From contig JAEZIT010000120.1 of assembly GCA_023436495.1 (NCBI GenBank), positions 14,107-78,106 of the forward strand: a DNA stretch of 64,000 nt. The letters run 5' to 3'. A model generated the notes under the pieces. The model had not been told where the DNA came from. It worked only from the letters and a program-made list of their open reading frames with translations, and ran no database searches. Positions 29,352-40,118 of the stretch are shown piece after piece. The number at the start of each line of letters is the position of its first letter. Position 1 is the first letter of the stretch. The DNA comes from Acidobacteriota bacterium (GTDB taxonomy: Bacteria > Acidobacteriota > Blastocatellia > Pyrinomonadales > Pyrinomonadaceae). The position numbers were made by a program, and so were the translations under genes.

Positions 29352-32300
29352 CTAGAAGCTGAATTTCAAACCGATCTGGAACTGACGCGGGTCATATGCG
29401 GCAGTCGAGCGGCTGTAATATTTGCCGCCGGTCCGTTCACCTTCGCTGTTCACCGCTCTGAAGAACGGCGACGCAGCGGCTTCGTTGAACCGGTTGAAGA
29501 TGTTAAAGCCTTCGAAAATAAGGTCGGCACGCAGGCGTTCGCCAAAGTAGAACGCACGCGAGATACGCAGGTCGACCGAGGCATACGGATGTGTTTTACC
29601 CATATTGCGGCCGAGGCTGCCGATGCCGAAAATAAGGTTTCCGTTCTGGTCGAAATCAAACATCGAACACGGCGCACCCGGCGCGACGATGTTCGCGGGC
29701 TGCGTTGCCGGGCAAAGCGATCCGTCCGGCAAAACATCCGGGCGGTCGGTCTGTGACGACTGGTCGTTGTTCGTGTCTATGTTCGTGATGATGTTGAACG
29801 GCCTTCCGGAAGAGATCTCAATGATCGGAGCGATCGTGAAATCCGCCAGCAGCTTCTTACCCCAGCTATTCCCGTTGCGCCAACTGGTCGGCGAAGCGAC
29901 GACGCCGCTGAAAATAAAGCGGTGACGCTGGTCGAACAGCGAATCGGCACGCTCCAGGTTAAAGCGGCGAACGTCCTGCGCGATCAGCAGCGTCTGCAGG
30001 TCGGACGAATCGTCGATCGCGTGTGACCACGTATAACCGGCCAGGAACTGGAAGTTGTTCGAAAAACGTCGTTTGAGTTCGACGTTCATCGCGTTATATT
30101 CCGAATTGCCGTCGGAAAGCTGTGCGTTTACCGAACCGAACGGCGTCAGGATCCCCGGTGTCCTAAGCGAACCGGAAAGCTGCGAATCGAGCAGCGCTTT
30201 CGTGACCACGCCGCCCGACAGAGCCTGCGCCAGGAAATAGTTCGGTGCATTCGGCCTGAAAAAGTTCGCGATCGCCGGTGCGACGACGCGTCCGCCCGGA
30301 CATTGCGCGATCATGCCGCCAATAACGACAGCGCATGTTTGCCCGTAAACGTTCGTGAACGTTGTTCCCGGAGCGGTCGTCGCGATCGTGATCGCGTTTG
30401 CCGCCTGTGTCGTCGTCGGCAGTAATCCGCCCGAAAAACGCTGGAAATTCTGGATCTGCAGGTTCGTGTTCGGCGAATTCAGGTCCGTCGGATGCGGCAG
30501 GTGATGCGCACCGACGAAGATGTAGCCGACCGTCAGCGACATGTTATTCGTTATCTGCTGTTCGATGGCAAGGTTTGCCTGCGTTGCCGAGGCGTACTGG
30601 AAATCCTTCGCGATCGGCAGCGTGAACGGCAGCACCGCACCGAATCCGGGGAACGTCTGGTCATTGAAACGCTGGCGACCGAACTGGTACTGCGAACTTG
30701 CCGCTACGCCCGGCGTGCGCGTTGCGCCGCAGATCGTCGGGACCGATCCGATAGCTCCGCAGACGGTGCCCTGGAAAACTTGAGCGGCGTTGAACAACGC
30801 TGTCGGGTCCGGGCTTCCGGCCGTCAGGACAGCCTGCTGCTGTTGTGCCGCGTCTGCGATGTCCGAATTGAACGCAGCCGCCAGCAGCGGATGGTCATAG
30901 AACAGCCCGAGCGCGCCGCGGACCACCGTCTTGCTGTTGCCGAAAATGTCCCAGGCAAACCCGAATCTCGGTGCCCAGTTGTTCGTGTCACGCGGGAATC
31001 CCTGCTGCACGCCGACGGCGTCCTGCGCCGCAAGAAGATCGGCCTGCGTCAGCGTGATGCCCGTCAGCGGATCTCTGAAATCCACCGGAGCGATCGTCTG
31101 TGTCAGTTCCACGTCGTAGCGGATGCCGTAATTGAGCGTCAGCCGCTGATGGATACGCCACGAATCCTGTGCAAAGAACGCGATCGGCTTGTTCTTGATC
31201 TGGCTGATCGGGTTGCCGAATCCCTGAATGTATGTCGACGGCATGCCGAGTCCGTATGACTGGACCGACGTAAATGCCGGAGCCGCGCCGACGCCCGGCA
31301 GGGCCGGAAACGGCGCGATGTTCGTCGCCGCAAAGTCGCCGAAATTGAACAGGCCGGCGAAGTTAAGCTCGAACAATGCCGACGGGATCTCTATCCAGTT
31401 AAAATCGGCACCGAATTTCATCGTGTGATTGCCGACGACGAAATTCACGTTGTCCGCGACCTGAAAACGCGTCTCGGTCCTGTCCACCGGCGAGAACAGT
31501 TCGCGGCCGATGAACGCCGTGTCCGTGATATTGAAGGCAACGGCCTCGTTGTTCTGCGAACGGAAGCTCGTGTCGCGCTTGCCCCAGCTAAACCGAAATT
31601 CGTTCAGCACGTTGCTCGCAAGATTTGTCGTAAGTCCCGACGAGAACGAATAGTCCTTGATGTCCGTAATGCCGGTTCGTGAAAAATCGTTTTGCCCGAG
31701 AGCCTGGTTCTGCGATTCGACCTGAACGCCCGAAACGCGGCTCGGGTTATAGCCGAAACGCATTGTCAGTTGATTGCTCGAATTGAACGAATGGTCGCCG
31801 CGGATCGAAAAATAATGCGTTTTGTCGCGGACCGGGAAAACCTTCTGCAGGTTCAGCAGCGGACGGAACGCGATGGGTTCACCCAAGCTGTTTGTGGTCG
31901 TGGTTGGCACCGGCGTTCCCACCAAAAGGAACCGCGGGCCAATGACCTGTCCGGCCGGGATCGGCGTGATCGCACCGGGGCTGCGGAGCGGGTTCGATCC
32001 GAACAGCGCGGTGTAGCTTCCGCTGGATGCCAGCGTCAAATAAGCGATCGCCGTCGAAGGGCTCGCCGCCAACAGGGCGTTCGCATACGCTGCCTGTTCC
32101 GGTGTCAAAAATCCATATGTCTGGCCGCCCAACGCAGCCGGGACCGTGACCGATGAGGTCAGCCCCTGCGTTACGTCCGACGTGAAGTACCCCGATTCGC
32201 GGCGCTGCCTTCCTTCAAAAGCTGCAAAAAAGAACGTGCGGTCCTTTACGATCGGCCCGCCGAGGGTTATTCCGTACTGGCCGCGGGTGAAATCCGGCTT

Positions 32301-33149
32301 TTCGCCTGCGGGAGCGAATGCGTTCCTCGCCTGGATCGACTTGTCGCGAAGAAATCCAAAAACGTTGCCTCTGAGCTGGTTCGTTCCGCGTTTCGTCACG
32401 ACGTTGACGACGCCGCCGGTCGCGCGTCCGAATTCCGGTGCATACGAATTTGTCGCCACCTGATATTCCTGCACCGCTTCCTGCCCGACGGTCGAACGCG
32501 CCGCGTTGATCGAATTATCGGTAAAATCCGCGCCGTCCACGTTCACCTGTGTCGAACGGCCGCGCTGGCCGCCGACGTTTATGCCCGATGTCGGAGCAGG
32601 CCCGATCGGCCGTCCGTTATCGCGGCTGACCGTGGGCAGCGTCAGGGCGAAACCGATCGCGCTGCGTTCGTTGATCGGCAGATTTTCGATGCGCTCCTGT
32701 TCGATCGTATTCGAGACGGATGTGCGTCCTGTTTCGATCAGTGCGACCGAATCGACCGGGACCTCAACGACGACGTCCGGCGACCCGACCTCGAGCGCGA
32801 TGGGAACGGTAGCGCGCTGGCCGACCGTCAGCCGCAAATTCGATACCGAAGCCTTTTTGAACGACGGAGCTTCCGCCGTGAGATTATAATCGCCGGGCGG
32901 CAGGCCGATCAGCTTATATTCGCCCGATTCGTTCGACGTCGCAGTTCGCGTAATGCCGGTATGCGGGTCGGTTACGGTTACCGTGGCACCGGCGATGACT
33001 GCGCCGTTCGAGTCGGTCACCGTACCGGACAGGTCCGCCGTGCTTACCTGTGCCTGGCCGAACGCGCCGATCGCACCCATTATCAGCATTGCGGCGACCA
33101 AAAATATACTGCCGGCTGCCGGCTCTGCCTTAAACGGAATTACTCTCAT
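29352..33149 (-). CDS. TonB-dependent outer-membrane receptor with N-terminal carboxypeptidase-regulatory-like domain (1265 aa)
   Basis: Signal peptide and CarboxypepD_reg pattern (GTVTDSNGAVIAGATVTV...GEYKLIGLPPGDY). Has a plug region and a long beta-barrel with C-terminal ...GLKFSF. Confidence 0.9.
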   Translation of the reverse strand: MRVIPFKAEPAAGSIFLVAAMLIMGAIGAFGQAQVSTADLSGTVTDSNGAVIAGATVTVTDPHTGITRTATSNESGEYKLIGLPPGDYNLTAEAPSFKKASVSNLRLTVGQRATVPIALEVGSPDVVVEVPVDSVALIETGRTSVSNTIEQERIENLPINERSAIGFALTLPTVSRDNGRPIGPAPTSGINVGGQRGRSTQVNVDGADFTDNSINAARSTVGQEAVQEYQVATNSYAPEFGRATGGVVNVVTKRGTNQLRGNVFGFLRDKSIQARNAFAPAGEKPDFTRGQYGITLGGPIVKDRTFFFAAFEGRQRRESGYFTSDVTQGLTSSVTVPAALGGQTYGFLTPEQAAYANALLAASPSTAIAYLTLASSGSYTALFGSNPLRSPGAITPIPAGQVIGPRFLLVGTPVPTTTTNSLGEPIAFRPLLNLQKVFPVRDKTHYFSIRGDHSFNSSNQLTMRFGYNPSRVSGVQVESQNQALGQNDFSRTGITDIKDYSFSSGLTTNLASNVLNEFRFSWGKRDTSFRSQNNEAVAFNITDTAFIGRELFSPVDRTETRFQVADNVNFVVGNHTMKFGADFNWIEIPSALFELNFAGLFNFGDFAATNIAPFPALPGVGAAPAFTSVQSYGLGMPSTYIQGFGNPISQIKNKPIAFFAQDSWRIHQRLTLNYGIRYDVELTQTIAPVDFRDPLTGITLTQADLLAAQDAVGVQQGFPRDTNNWAPRFGFAWDIFGNSKTVVRGALGLFYDHPLLAAAFNSDIADAAQQQQAVLTAGSPDPTALFNAAQVFQGTVCGAIGSVPTICGATRTPGVAASSQYQFGRQRFNDQTFPGFGAVLPFTLPIAKDFQYASATQANLAIEQQITNNMSLTVGYIFVGAHHLPHPTDLNSPNTNLQIQNFQRFSGGLLPTTTQAANAITIATTAPGTTFTNVYGQTCAVVIGGMIAQCPGGRVVAPAIANFFRPNAPNYFLAQALSGGVVTKALLDSQLSGSLRTPGILTPFGSVNAQLSDGNSEYNAMNVELKRRFSNNFQFLAGYTWSHAIDDSSDLQTLLIAQDVRRFNLERADSLFDQRHRFIFSGVVASPTSWRNGNSWGKKLLADFTIAPIIEISSGRPFNIITNIDTNNDQSSQTDRPDVLPDGSLCPATQPANIVAPGAPCSMFDFDQNGNLIFGIGSLGRNMGKTHPYASVDLRISRAFYFGERLRADLIFEGFNIFNRFNEAAASPFFRAVNSEGERTGGKYYSRSTAAYDPRQFQIGLKFSF

Positions 33150-33383
33150 TCAGTTGTTCTCCTTAGATATTTACGATAACTCGGTCGTCTGTCTAAAGCT
33201 TATTAGAGAAGCTATTGGCCTGTCCCGAAACCGCGGCTTCGTCGAAACTTCCGACTTGGTGTTATTGAATTTTCAGAATTTCGCTCGACAGATTATGACC
33301 GGATTAGATTTGCTTTGACTCTTTTATCGCAAAAACCCTTATAAGGCAAGCAAAAAGTAACATTTTCGCATCGTCTGTGAACT

Positions 33384-34565
33384 TTATTTTTGCTTGTTTC
33401 CTTGCCCGCGCGTCGCCCTCGCCAGCATCGTCCGCAGCCCCTCGCTTCGCCTGAGCGCCGCGATCGCCATTTTGCCCCAAAATGGCGAAAATGCCGCGCG
33501 CCGCAAAAGCCTTAATACTCCGAATCGCGATGCAAACCTTTGCTTGTATTCTGTTCTGTAATGCTCCGCCAGAGCGTCCGCATCGTCCCAGTGTCCGGTG
33601 ATGCAGCCCGCAAGCAATTCCGAGCTTTCCAGCGCCAGCAGAATGCCGCTGCCTGTGAACGGGTCGGCAAAACCGGCCGCATCGCCAACCGTCAAGAGGT
33701 TCGTCGCCGCGGGCATACCCCACACACCGAAATCGTCCACCGCGACCGTTAGCCATTCGCCGTCGCGCGCCGCACCGAAAAGCGAAGAGCGCGCACGCGG
33801 ATTCACCATCACGGCGTCTTCCAGTATCCGGTCGCCGCTGCCGCCCGCAAGCTTAACGGCGTCCGCGGTCAAAAACAGGCAAACATTCACGCGGCCGCCC
33901 TCGACCGGGCTCGCTCCGCCATATCCGCCCGGAAACGAATAGATCTCACAGGCGTCACGCCCGAGCGCCGCACCGCGAAAATGCGTCTTAAAGCCCACGA
34001 TCTTCGTGCCTCGTCGCCTGTTTCCGCCGGAGCCATTCTCTTTTGCCGCAAGTTTTGCAAGGATCCCGCTTCGGCCCGTCGCGTCTATAAACAGCCCCCC
34101 TTCTATCCGCTTATCGCCCGAAGCGGTCCGCACGCGAACGGCCGCAACACGTCCATCCACCATTTCGACACCCGCGGCCGCCGCTTCTTCGATCACCTCG
34201 GCACCCGCCTCGCCCGCGCGTCTCAGTAAGACCTCATCCATCCTCGCTCGGCTCAGACCCAGAGCGCATTCGCCGGCGTCCAGCACCTGCGACGGTATAA
34301 CGATCCCGCGTCCGCGTATGTCGAAAAAATGCGTTGCCGAAATACGCGCGCCGCCCGCGTCGAGCATTTGCCCAAGCACGCCGAGGCTCGCAAAATGCCG
34401 CAGCGATTCCGGCGATATGAACTCGCCGCACAGCTTCTCCCGCGGAAACCGCTCGCGTTCGATCAGGGTCACGCGAAATCCGGCCGACGCCAGCCTTATC
34501 GCCGTGCTCGAACCCGCCGGCCCGCCGCCGGCTATCACAATGTTGGGTTTCCGGTTTGCCGCCAC
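33384..34565 (-). CDS. FAD-dependent oxidoreductase (geranylgeranyl reductase-like)
   Basis: N-terminal dinucleotide fold IVIAGGGPAGSSTAIRLA, and a later GDAAGFADPFTGSG motif. Confidence 0.85.
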   Translation of the reverse strand: MAANRKPNIVIAGGGPAGSSTAIRLASAGFRVTLIERERFPREKLCGEFISPESLRHFASLGVLGQMLDAGGARISATHFFDIRGRGIVIPSQVLDAGECALGLSRARMDEVLLRRAGEAGAEVIEEAAAAGVEMVDGRVAAVRVRTASGDKRIEGGLFIDATGRSGILAKLAAKENGSGGNRRRGTKIVGFKTHFRGAALGRDACEIYSFPGGYGGASPVEGGRVNVCLFLTADAVKLAGGSGDRILEDAVMVNPRARSSLFGAARDGEWLTVAVDDFGVWGMPAATNLLTVGDAAGFADPFTGSGILLALESSELLAGCITGHWDDADALAEHYRTEYKQRFASRFGVLRLLRRAAFSPFWGKMAIAALRRSEGLRTMLARATRGQGNKQK

Positions 34566-34616
34566 TGAATATTATGATAGCGTTTTTGCGGGAGTTTTAG
34601 TCGTTATTTATCCGAT

Positions 34617-35576
34617 ATGCAGATCATTCCGATCACGGTCCCGACGCCGTTTTACGTCGGCGACGTAAACGTTTACCTGATCCGCGAAGACCCCGTAACG
34701 CTGATCGATGTAGGCCCTAAGACCGCCGATGCCGAACGAGCGCTTCGCGACGCGCTCGGCGGCCACGGCGTCCGTTTCTCCGACATCCGCCGCATTGTCC
34801 TTACGCATGCACACGAAGATCATTGCGGACTCGCCCGCAGCATTCGCGACGAGGCAAAGAACGCCGAGGTCTTAGTTCACGATTGGGAGACCGGCCATCT
34901 CTTCGGCCGCCTTGCGCAAGACGAGCATCGCCGCCTGCTGCTGCGTTCGGGCGTGCCCGCAGTCGTTTTCGACGAAATGCGTTCGATATACGATGACATC
35001 AGTTTGCTGACCGACGCGCTCGAAGATGGCGGATTCGAACCGCTCCGGGATGAGATGGAGCTCGAGTTCGAAAGCGGCGCCCTTCGCGTCCTGCACACGC
35101 CCGGCCATACACCAGGTTCGTGTTCGTTCGTCCGCGAAGCGAACCGCACGCTCGTGTGCGGTGACTGCGTCCTTAAACGCATTACGCCCAATCCGATCCT
35201 GTCGCCCGATCCCGTCGATCCCGACCGGCGCTTTCGCTCACTTGCCGAATATCTCGTCAGCCTCGCAAAGCTCCGCGGCCAATCGCCGACGCTCGTCCAC
35301 ACCGGCCACGGCGAACCGGTGACCGATTTCGAAGAGATCTTCAACCGGTACGTTCGCGCCATCGACGACCGTCAAAAACGCGTCATCTCTTTGCTCGGCA
35401 ATGACAGCCTGACGGCATTCGATGTCGCACAAAGGCTTTTCCCAAGCGCCATCGGCCGCGACGTTCACCGGTTCCTTGCGATCTCCGAATCCGTCGCGCA
35501 CCTCGACTACGCCGAATCCGAAGGCAAGATCGCGCTCGAATTGAAAGAAGGCATAGAATATTACCGCGCGAAGTAA
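34617..35576 (+). CDS. MBL-fold metallo-hydrolase
   Basis: LTHAHEDHCG (HxHxDH) and TPGHTPGS. Has a C-terminal winged-helix-like tail. Confidence 0.85.
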   Translation: MQIIPITVPTPFYVGDVNVYLIREDPVTLIDVGPKTADAERALRDALGGHGVRFSDIRRIVLTHAHEDHCGLARSIRDEAKNAEVLVHDWETGHLFGRLAQDEHRRLLLRSGVPAVVFDEMRSIYDDISLLTDALEDGGFEPLRDEMELEFESGALRVLHTPGHTPGSCSFVREANRTLVCGDCVLKRITPNPILSPDPVDPDRRFRSLAEYLVSLAKLRGQSPTLVHTGHGEPVTDFEEIFNRYVRAIDDRQKRVISLLGNDSLTAFDVAQRLFPSAIGRDVHRFLAISESVAHLDYAESEGKIALELKEGIEYYRAK

Positions 35577-35736
35577 GGGAGACGCACTCAACATTACCCT
35601 GATTCAACCCTTTGCGTCCTTCGCGTCTTTGCGTGAAACTCTTTTCCCTAACACCCCCGGCTCCATCTCCCAAACTCGAAACTTTACCGTAAATTAGCTA
35701 TACTTTACCTTTCGGACCACCTAATAAAACACGGAT

Positions 35737-36792
35737 ATGCCAATTATGACGAAGCTCTTTTTTGTACTCGTACTCTCTTTGACGCTCATCGCACCGGCCG
35801 CGGGGCAGAACGGCGGACTTGCGGTCGCCGGTGAAAAACGCCTGCAGAATATCAAGCAATTGACCTTCGCCGGCGAAAATGCCGAAGCCTATTTTTCGAC
35901 CGACGGCAAACAGCTTATTTTCCAATCCAAACGCGACGGCCGCGAATGTGACCAGATCTACACGATGAACATCGACGGCTCCAACGTCAAGATGGTCTCG
36001 ACCGGACAGGGCCGCACGACGTGTTCGTTCTTTTTGAACAAGAACAAGAATATCCTGTACGGTTCGACGCACCTCGACAACAAAGAATGTCCGCCGAACC
36101 CGGATTTTTCCAAGGGGTATGTCTGGGCCATCTATCCGTCGTACGATATTTTTTCCGCCAACGCCGACGGCACCAAGATCAAGCAACTGACGAAAACGCC
36201 CGGCTACGACGCCGAAGCCACCGTTTCGCCCGATGGTAAAAAGATCATCTTTACATCGACGCGCGATGGCGACCTCGACCTCTACGTCATGGACCGCAAC
36301 GGCAAGAACGTCAAACGCCTGACGACCGAACTCGGCTACGACGGCGGCGCGTTCTTCTCGCCGGATGGCAAACAGATCGTGTACCGCGCGTATCATCCGA
36401 AGACCGAGGCCGAGATCGCACGGTACAAGGACCGCCTAGCGAACGACCTGATCGAACCGAACAATTTTGAGATCTGGGTGATGAACGCCGACGGCACCAA
36501 CAAACGTCAGGTGACGAAACTCGGCGACGCCAGCTTCGCGCCGTATTTTACGCCGGACGGCAAGCGTATCATCTTCTGCACGAACCATTTCGCGTCCGAC
36601 CCGCGCAAGCGCAATTTCGACCTTGCGCTTATTAATATAGACGGCACGGGCCTCGAACGCGTCACCTACAACGAAACGTTCGACGGCTTCCCGATGTTCT
36701 CGCCCGACGGCAAAAAACTCGTTTTCGCCTCGAACCGCAACGCCGCGACGCAGGGCGACACCAACGTATTCATCGCCGATTGGGTAGAGTAG
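35737..36792 (+). CDS. Secreted PD40/TolB-like beta-propeller repeat protein
   Basis: Signal peptide and repeated FSPDGK/FTPDGK/VSPDGK PD40 motifs. Confidence 0.85.
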   Translation: MPIMTKLFFVLVLSLTLIAPAAGQNGGLAVAGEKRLQNIKQLTFAGENAEAYFSTDGKQLIFQSKRDGRECDQIYTMNIDGSNVKMVSTGQGRTTCSFFLNKNKNILYGSTHLDNKECPPNPDFSKGYVWAIYPSYDIFSANADGTKIKQLTKTPGYDAEATVSPDGKKIIFTSTRDGDLDLYVMDRNGKNVKRLTTELGYDGGAFFSPDGKQIVYRAYHPKTEAEIARYKDRLANDLIEPNNFEIWVMNADGTNKRQVTKLGDASFAPYFTPDGKRIIFCTNHFASDPRKRNFDLALINIDGTGLERVTYNETFDGFPMFSPDGKKLVFASNRNAATQGDTNVFIADWVE

Positions 36793-36825
36793 ATCAGCCG
36801 TAAGCGGGTGCTGAACGGAGTACAT

Positions 36826-38715
36826 ATGAAAACAGCAGTATTACGTACAAAACTTCTCTTCGTCCTTCTCTCTCTGGCCCTGTCCGTTCACGCGCAGGCG
36901 CCGCGGGTTGCTGATCAAACCGAGCAAAACCTGCGCAGGCACGTTCAGTACCTTGCCTCCGACGAACTCGAAGGCCGCCGTACCGGCGAACGCGGGGCGA
37001 CATCCGCTGCGGGTTACGTGGCGAACACGTTCGCGCAGTCAAAGCTAAAGCCCGGCCATAAGCCCGCGAACGCCAAGCCGAACTTCCTGCAGCCGTTCCC
37101 GTACGTCGCGGGCGTTACCCTCGGGTCGGACAATTTCCTGCGCATCGTTCCCGGAAACGCTTCGCAGGAGACGAAGATGGAGACGGGCGCCAACTGGATG
37201 CCGCTCGGCTATTCGCCAAATGCTGATATTCCGCCGTCACCGGTCGTTTTTGCCGGTTTCGGCATCGCGTCGAACGACCTGAAATACGACGATTACGCGG
37301 GCATCGACGCAAGCGGCAAGATCGTTGTGATCCTCGACGGCACGCCCGATTCCGGCCCGCATTCGCTGTTCGGGGCGTTTAACACACACCGTAAGGCGAG
37401 CATCGCCAAGGACAAAGGCGCGCGTGCGCTGATGATCGTCGCCGCCGATCCCGAATTCAAGGACGACCGCCTCGCCCGGCTGGTCTATGACCGCACGCTC
37501 GGCGAAACCGCCGTGCCGGTCGTCGGCATTTCACGCGGAGCGGCCTCGCAGCTTCTCGGTGCAAAAGACGAAAAAGAACTTGCCGAGATCGAAAAATGGA
37601 TCGCGATGAAAAAGGACGCTCCGCCGAGCGTTCGTATTTTGCTTTCCAACCCGCCCGCGGCGACAGCGCAGCTCAAGATCAACCTCGAAAAACGCCAGGT
37701 CGAAGCCTATAACGTCATCGGCATTCTCGAAGGCCGCGATCCCGTTCTGAAAAACGAAGCCATCATCATCGGCGCGCATTACGACCACCTCGGCCGCGGC
37801 GGGCAGGGAAGCCTCGCCGTCAATTCGTCCGAAATTCATCACGGAGCCGACGACAACGCTTCCGGCACGTCCGCCGTGCTCGAACTCGCACGCCAATTCG
37901 CCAGATCAAAGGATAACAAGCGCACGATCATCTTTATGTCATTCGGCGGCGAGGAAGAAGGCCTGCTCGGGTCGAAATATTACGTCGAACATCCCGTCTG
38001 GCCGCTCGAAAAAACAGTAGCGATGATAAACCTGGATATGGTCGGCAGGCTGAACGAAGGAAAGCTTACGATCGGCGGCGTCGGCACGGCATCCGAATGG
38101 AAGGAACTGATAAATTCGAAAAACCCGGCGACTACGACGCCTCATGCATCGGGAAACGGTACAGCGGCCACGGCGTTCGCATTGCAATTGAACGAAGACG
38201 GCTTCGGCCCGTCCGATCATTCGTCATTCTACGGCAAGCAGATCCCGGTCTTGTTCTTTTTCACCGGCACGCATAACGATTATCACAAACCGTCCGACAC
38301 GGCCGAAAAGATCAATTACGACGGCCTCCTAAACATAACGAACTTAGTCTCGTCGATCGCCCGCAGCATCGACCAAAATCCTAAACGCCCTGTTTACACC
38401 GTCGCGAAATCCGCCGGCGTGATGGGCGGGCGCACCGGCTTCAGTGTCTCGCTCGGCACCGTCCCGAGCTACGCCGACTCCACCGACGGCATGGTGCTCG
38501 ACGGCGTTCGCGACAATTCTCCGGCGGCAAAGGCCGGCCTCAAACCCGGCGACAAGATCGTCAAGCTTGCCGGCAAAGACGTCCGCAACGCGATGGATTA
38601 TACCTACGTGCTCGGTGATATGAAGGCCGGCGAGGAATACGATGTGGAGATACTTCGCGGCACCGAACGGATGACGCTCAAGATCGTACCGGCCGCGGCG
38701 GCACGGCGTCCCTAA
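36826..38715 (+). CDS. Secreted M28 family peptidase with PA domain and C-terminal PDZ domain
   Basis: M28 metal ligands (AHYDHLG, ADDNASGT, GGEEEGLLGS, PSDHSSF). PDZ pattern (GLKPGDKIVKLAG). The ATG at 36826 follows a GGAG RBS. Confidence 0.88.
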   Translation: MKTAVLRTKLLFVLLSLALSVHAQAPRVADQTEQNLRRHVQYLASDELEGRRTGERGATSAAGYVANTFAQSKLKPGHKPANAKPNFLQPFPYVAGVTLGSDNFLRIVPGNASQETKMETGANWMPLGYSPNADIPPSPVVFAGFGIASNDLKYDDYAGIDASGKIVVILDGTPDSGPHSLFGAFNTHRKASIAKDKGARALMIVAADPEFKDDRLARLVYDRTLGETAVPVVGISRGAASQLLGAKDEKELAEIEKWIAMKKDAPPSVRILLSNPPAATAQLKINLEKRQVEAYNVIGILEGRDPVLKNEAIIIGAHYDHLGRGGQGSLAVNSSEIHHGADDNASGTSAVLELARQFARSKDNKRTIIFMSFGGEEEGLLGSKYYVEHPVWPLEKTVAMINLDMVGRLNEGKLTIGGVGTASEWKELINSKNPATTTPHASGNGTAATAFALQLNEDGFGPSDHSSFYGKQIPVLFFFTGTHNDYHKPSDTAEKINYDGLLNITNLVSSIARSIDQNPKRPVYTVAKSAGVMGGRTGFSVSLGTVPSYADSTDGMVLDGVRDNSPAAKAGLKPGDKIVKLAGKDVRNAMDYTYVLGDMKAGEEYDVEILRGTERMTLKIVPAAAARRP

Positions 38716-38723
38716 ATTGACGC

Positions 38724-39176
38724 TCAGTGTGCCTTTCGCACGCCGAAACGCCACGCCCACCATATAAAGAATATCTGCAGCGGAATACGGAACAGCAGAT
38801 ACCACGTTCCGTATTCCATTCCGCCCATCTGTACCTGCTTCATGCTGCCGATAATGTTCGCCGGCAGCACCGCGATAAAGAAAATGATCAGCATCACGGA
38901 CGTCAATCGCGCCGTCCGCTCGGACAATAGGCCGATTACCGCCAACAGCTCGCAGACGCCCGTAAAATAGACCAGCTCGCGCTTTGCGGGCAGCTCCGCC
39001 GGCATCATCGCCACCATCGCATCCGTCTGCGTAAAATGCGCGATGCCCGTCGCGACCAGCATGCACGCCATCGCGACGCGCCCGATCACCCCGATATTTA
39101 TATGGTTTTTCAACCATATACGATTGACGGCATACAGCAGCCCGAATACTGTTAAAAGGATAATTAGCGGTGCCAT
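38724..39176 (-). CDS. DoxX-like small integral membrane protein
   Basis: 150 aa with 4 TM segments. The family assignment comes from general resemblance only. Confidence 0.55.
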   Translation of the reverse strand: MAPLIILLTVFGLLYAVNRIWLKNHINIGVIGRVAMACMLVATGIAHFTQTDAMVAMMPAELPAKRELVYFTGVCELLAVIGLLSERTARLTSVMLIIFFIAVLPANIIGSMKQVQMGGMEYGTWYLLFRIPLQIFFIWWAWRFGVRKAH

Positions 39177-39253
39177 AACAAGGTGTTCTTACCGAATAAA
39201 TTTATGGTATTGTATTCCCGGCACAGTTGATGCCGAGATCATTGCCGAACCCT

Positions 39254-40114
39254 ATGCCTTCCATCAAGTTTACTAAGTTTCACGGCTTTGGGAACGATTA
39301 TATCGTTATCGAACGTTCACGGCTCTTGGGCGTGGCCTCTGTCCCGGACTTTGCCCGTGCTATTTGCGACCGCCACACCGGAGCCGGGTCCGACGGCATC
39401 GCCGTTATCGAAGAATTGGACGGGCGCTTTGCCGATTATCATTGCGAGATCGTCAACCCCGACGGCAGCGTCGCCGGTTTTTCCGGCAACGGCACCCGCT
39501 GCGCCGTCGCGTATCTCTATTACAAAAAACGCTGGTCCGCACCCGACCTTCGCCTGCACACCCGCAGCGGCGTCAAGAATTTCACGCTGATCGAACGCAT
39601 CGCCGACGGCCATTATTGGTTCGAGGCCGAGATCGGCAAACCGAAATTCTCCAGCACCGAGATTCCCGTTGCGACCGGAGCTCCGATGGAATCGGTCATC
39701 GCGCGCCGCATTCCCGTCGGCGATTCGTGGTGGGAAATTTCGGCGGTCAACGTCGGCAACCCCGTCGCGTGCATATTTGTCGACGATTTCGATTTTGAAT
39801 GGCGGACCGTCGGCAAACAGCTCGAGGTTCATCCCGCATTCCCCGAAAAAGCGAACATCGTTTTCGTCAAGGTCGTCGACCGCGAAAATATCGAGCTCCG
39901 CATCTGGGAACGCGGTGTCGGCGAAACCTCAAGCTCCGGCACGTGCTGCAGCGGCGCCGCCGTACTTTGTGCCTTGACCGGCCGTACCGAACGCACCGTT
40001 TCTGTCCGCACCGAAGGCGGCACGACCGAAATACATTGGCGCGCCGATGACGAAATGCTCATCACCGGCCGTGCCGACCTCGCATACAGCGGCCGCTGGC
40101 CGGTCGCGGATTGA
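39254..40114 (+). CDS. dapF: Diaminopimelate epimerase
   Basis: FTKFHGFGNDY, SGNGTRC (first catalytic Cys), NVGNPVACIFVDD, and ERGVGET...GTCCSGA (second Cys region). The ATG at 39254 is preferred. Confidence 0.88.
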   Translation: MPSIKFTKFHGFGNDYIVIERSRLLGVASVPDFARAICDRHTGAGSDGIAVIEELDGRFADYHCEIVNPDGSVAGFSGNGTRCAVAYLYYKKRWSAPDLRLHTRSGVKNFTLIERIADGHYWFEAEIGKPKFSSTEIPVATGAPMESVIARRIPVGDSWWEISAVNVGNPVACIFVDDFDFEWRTVGKQLEVHPAFPEKANIVFVKVVDRENIELRIWERGVGETSSSGTCCSGAAVLCALTGRTERTVSVRTEGGTTEIHWRADDEMLITGRADLAYSGRWPVAD

Positions 40115-40118
40115 CGGG

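Noticed and set aside
39920-39961. Apparent loss of the second catalytic Cys of DapF. GETSSSGTCCSGA aligns without gaps to E. coli GETQACGSGACA, which puts Ser at the Cys217 position.
   Set aside because: Allowing a 3-residue shift aligns TCCSGA with ACGSGA and keeps a Cys at the catalytic position. All other DapF motifs are intact. This is most likely a loop-length difference, not an inactive enzyme.
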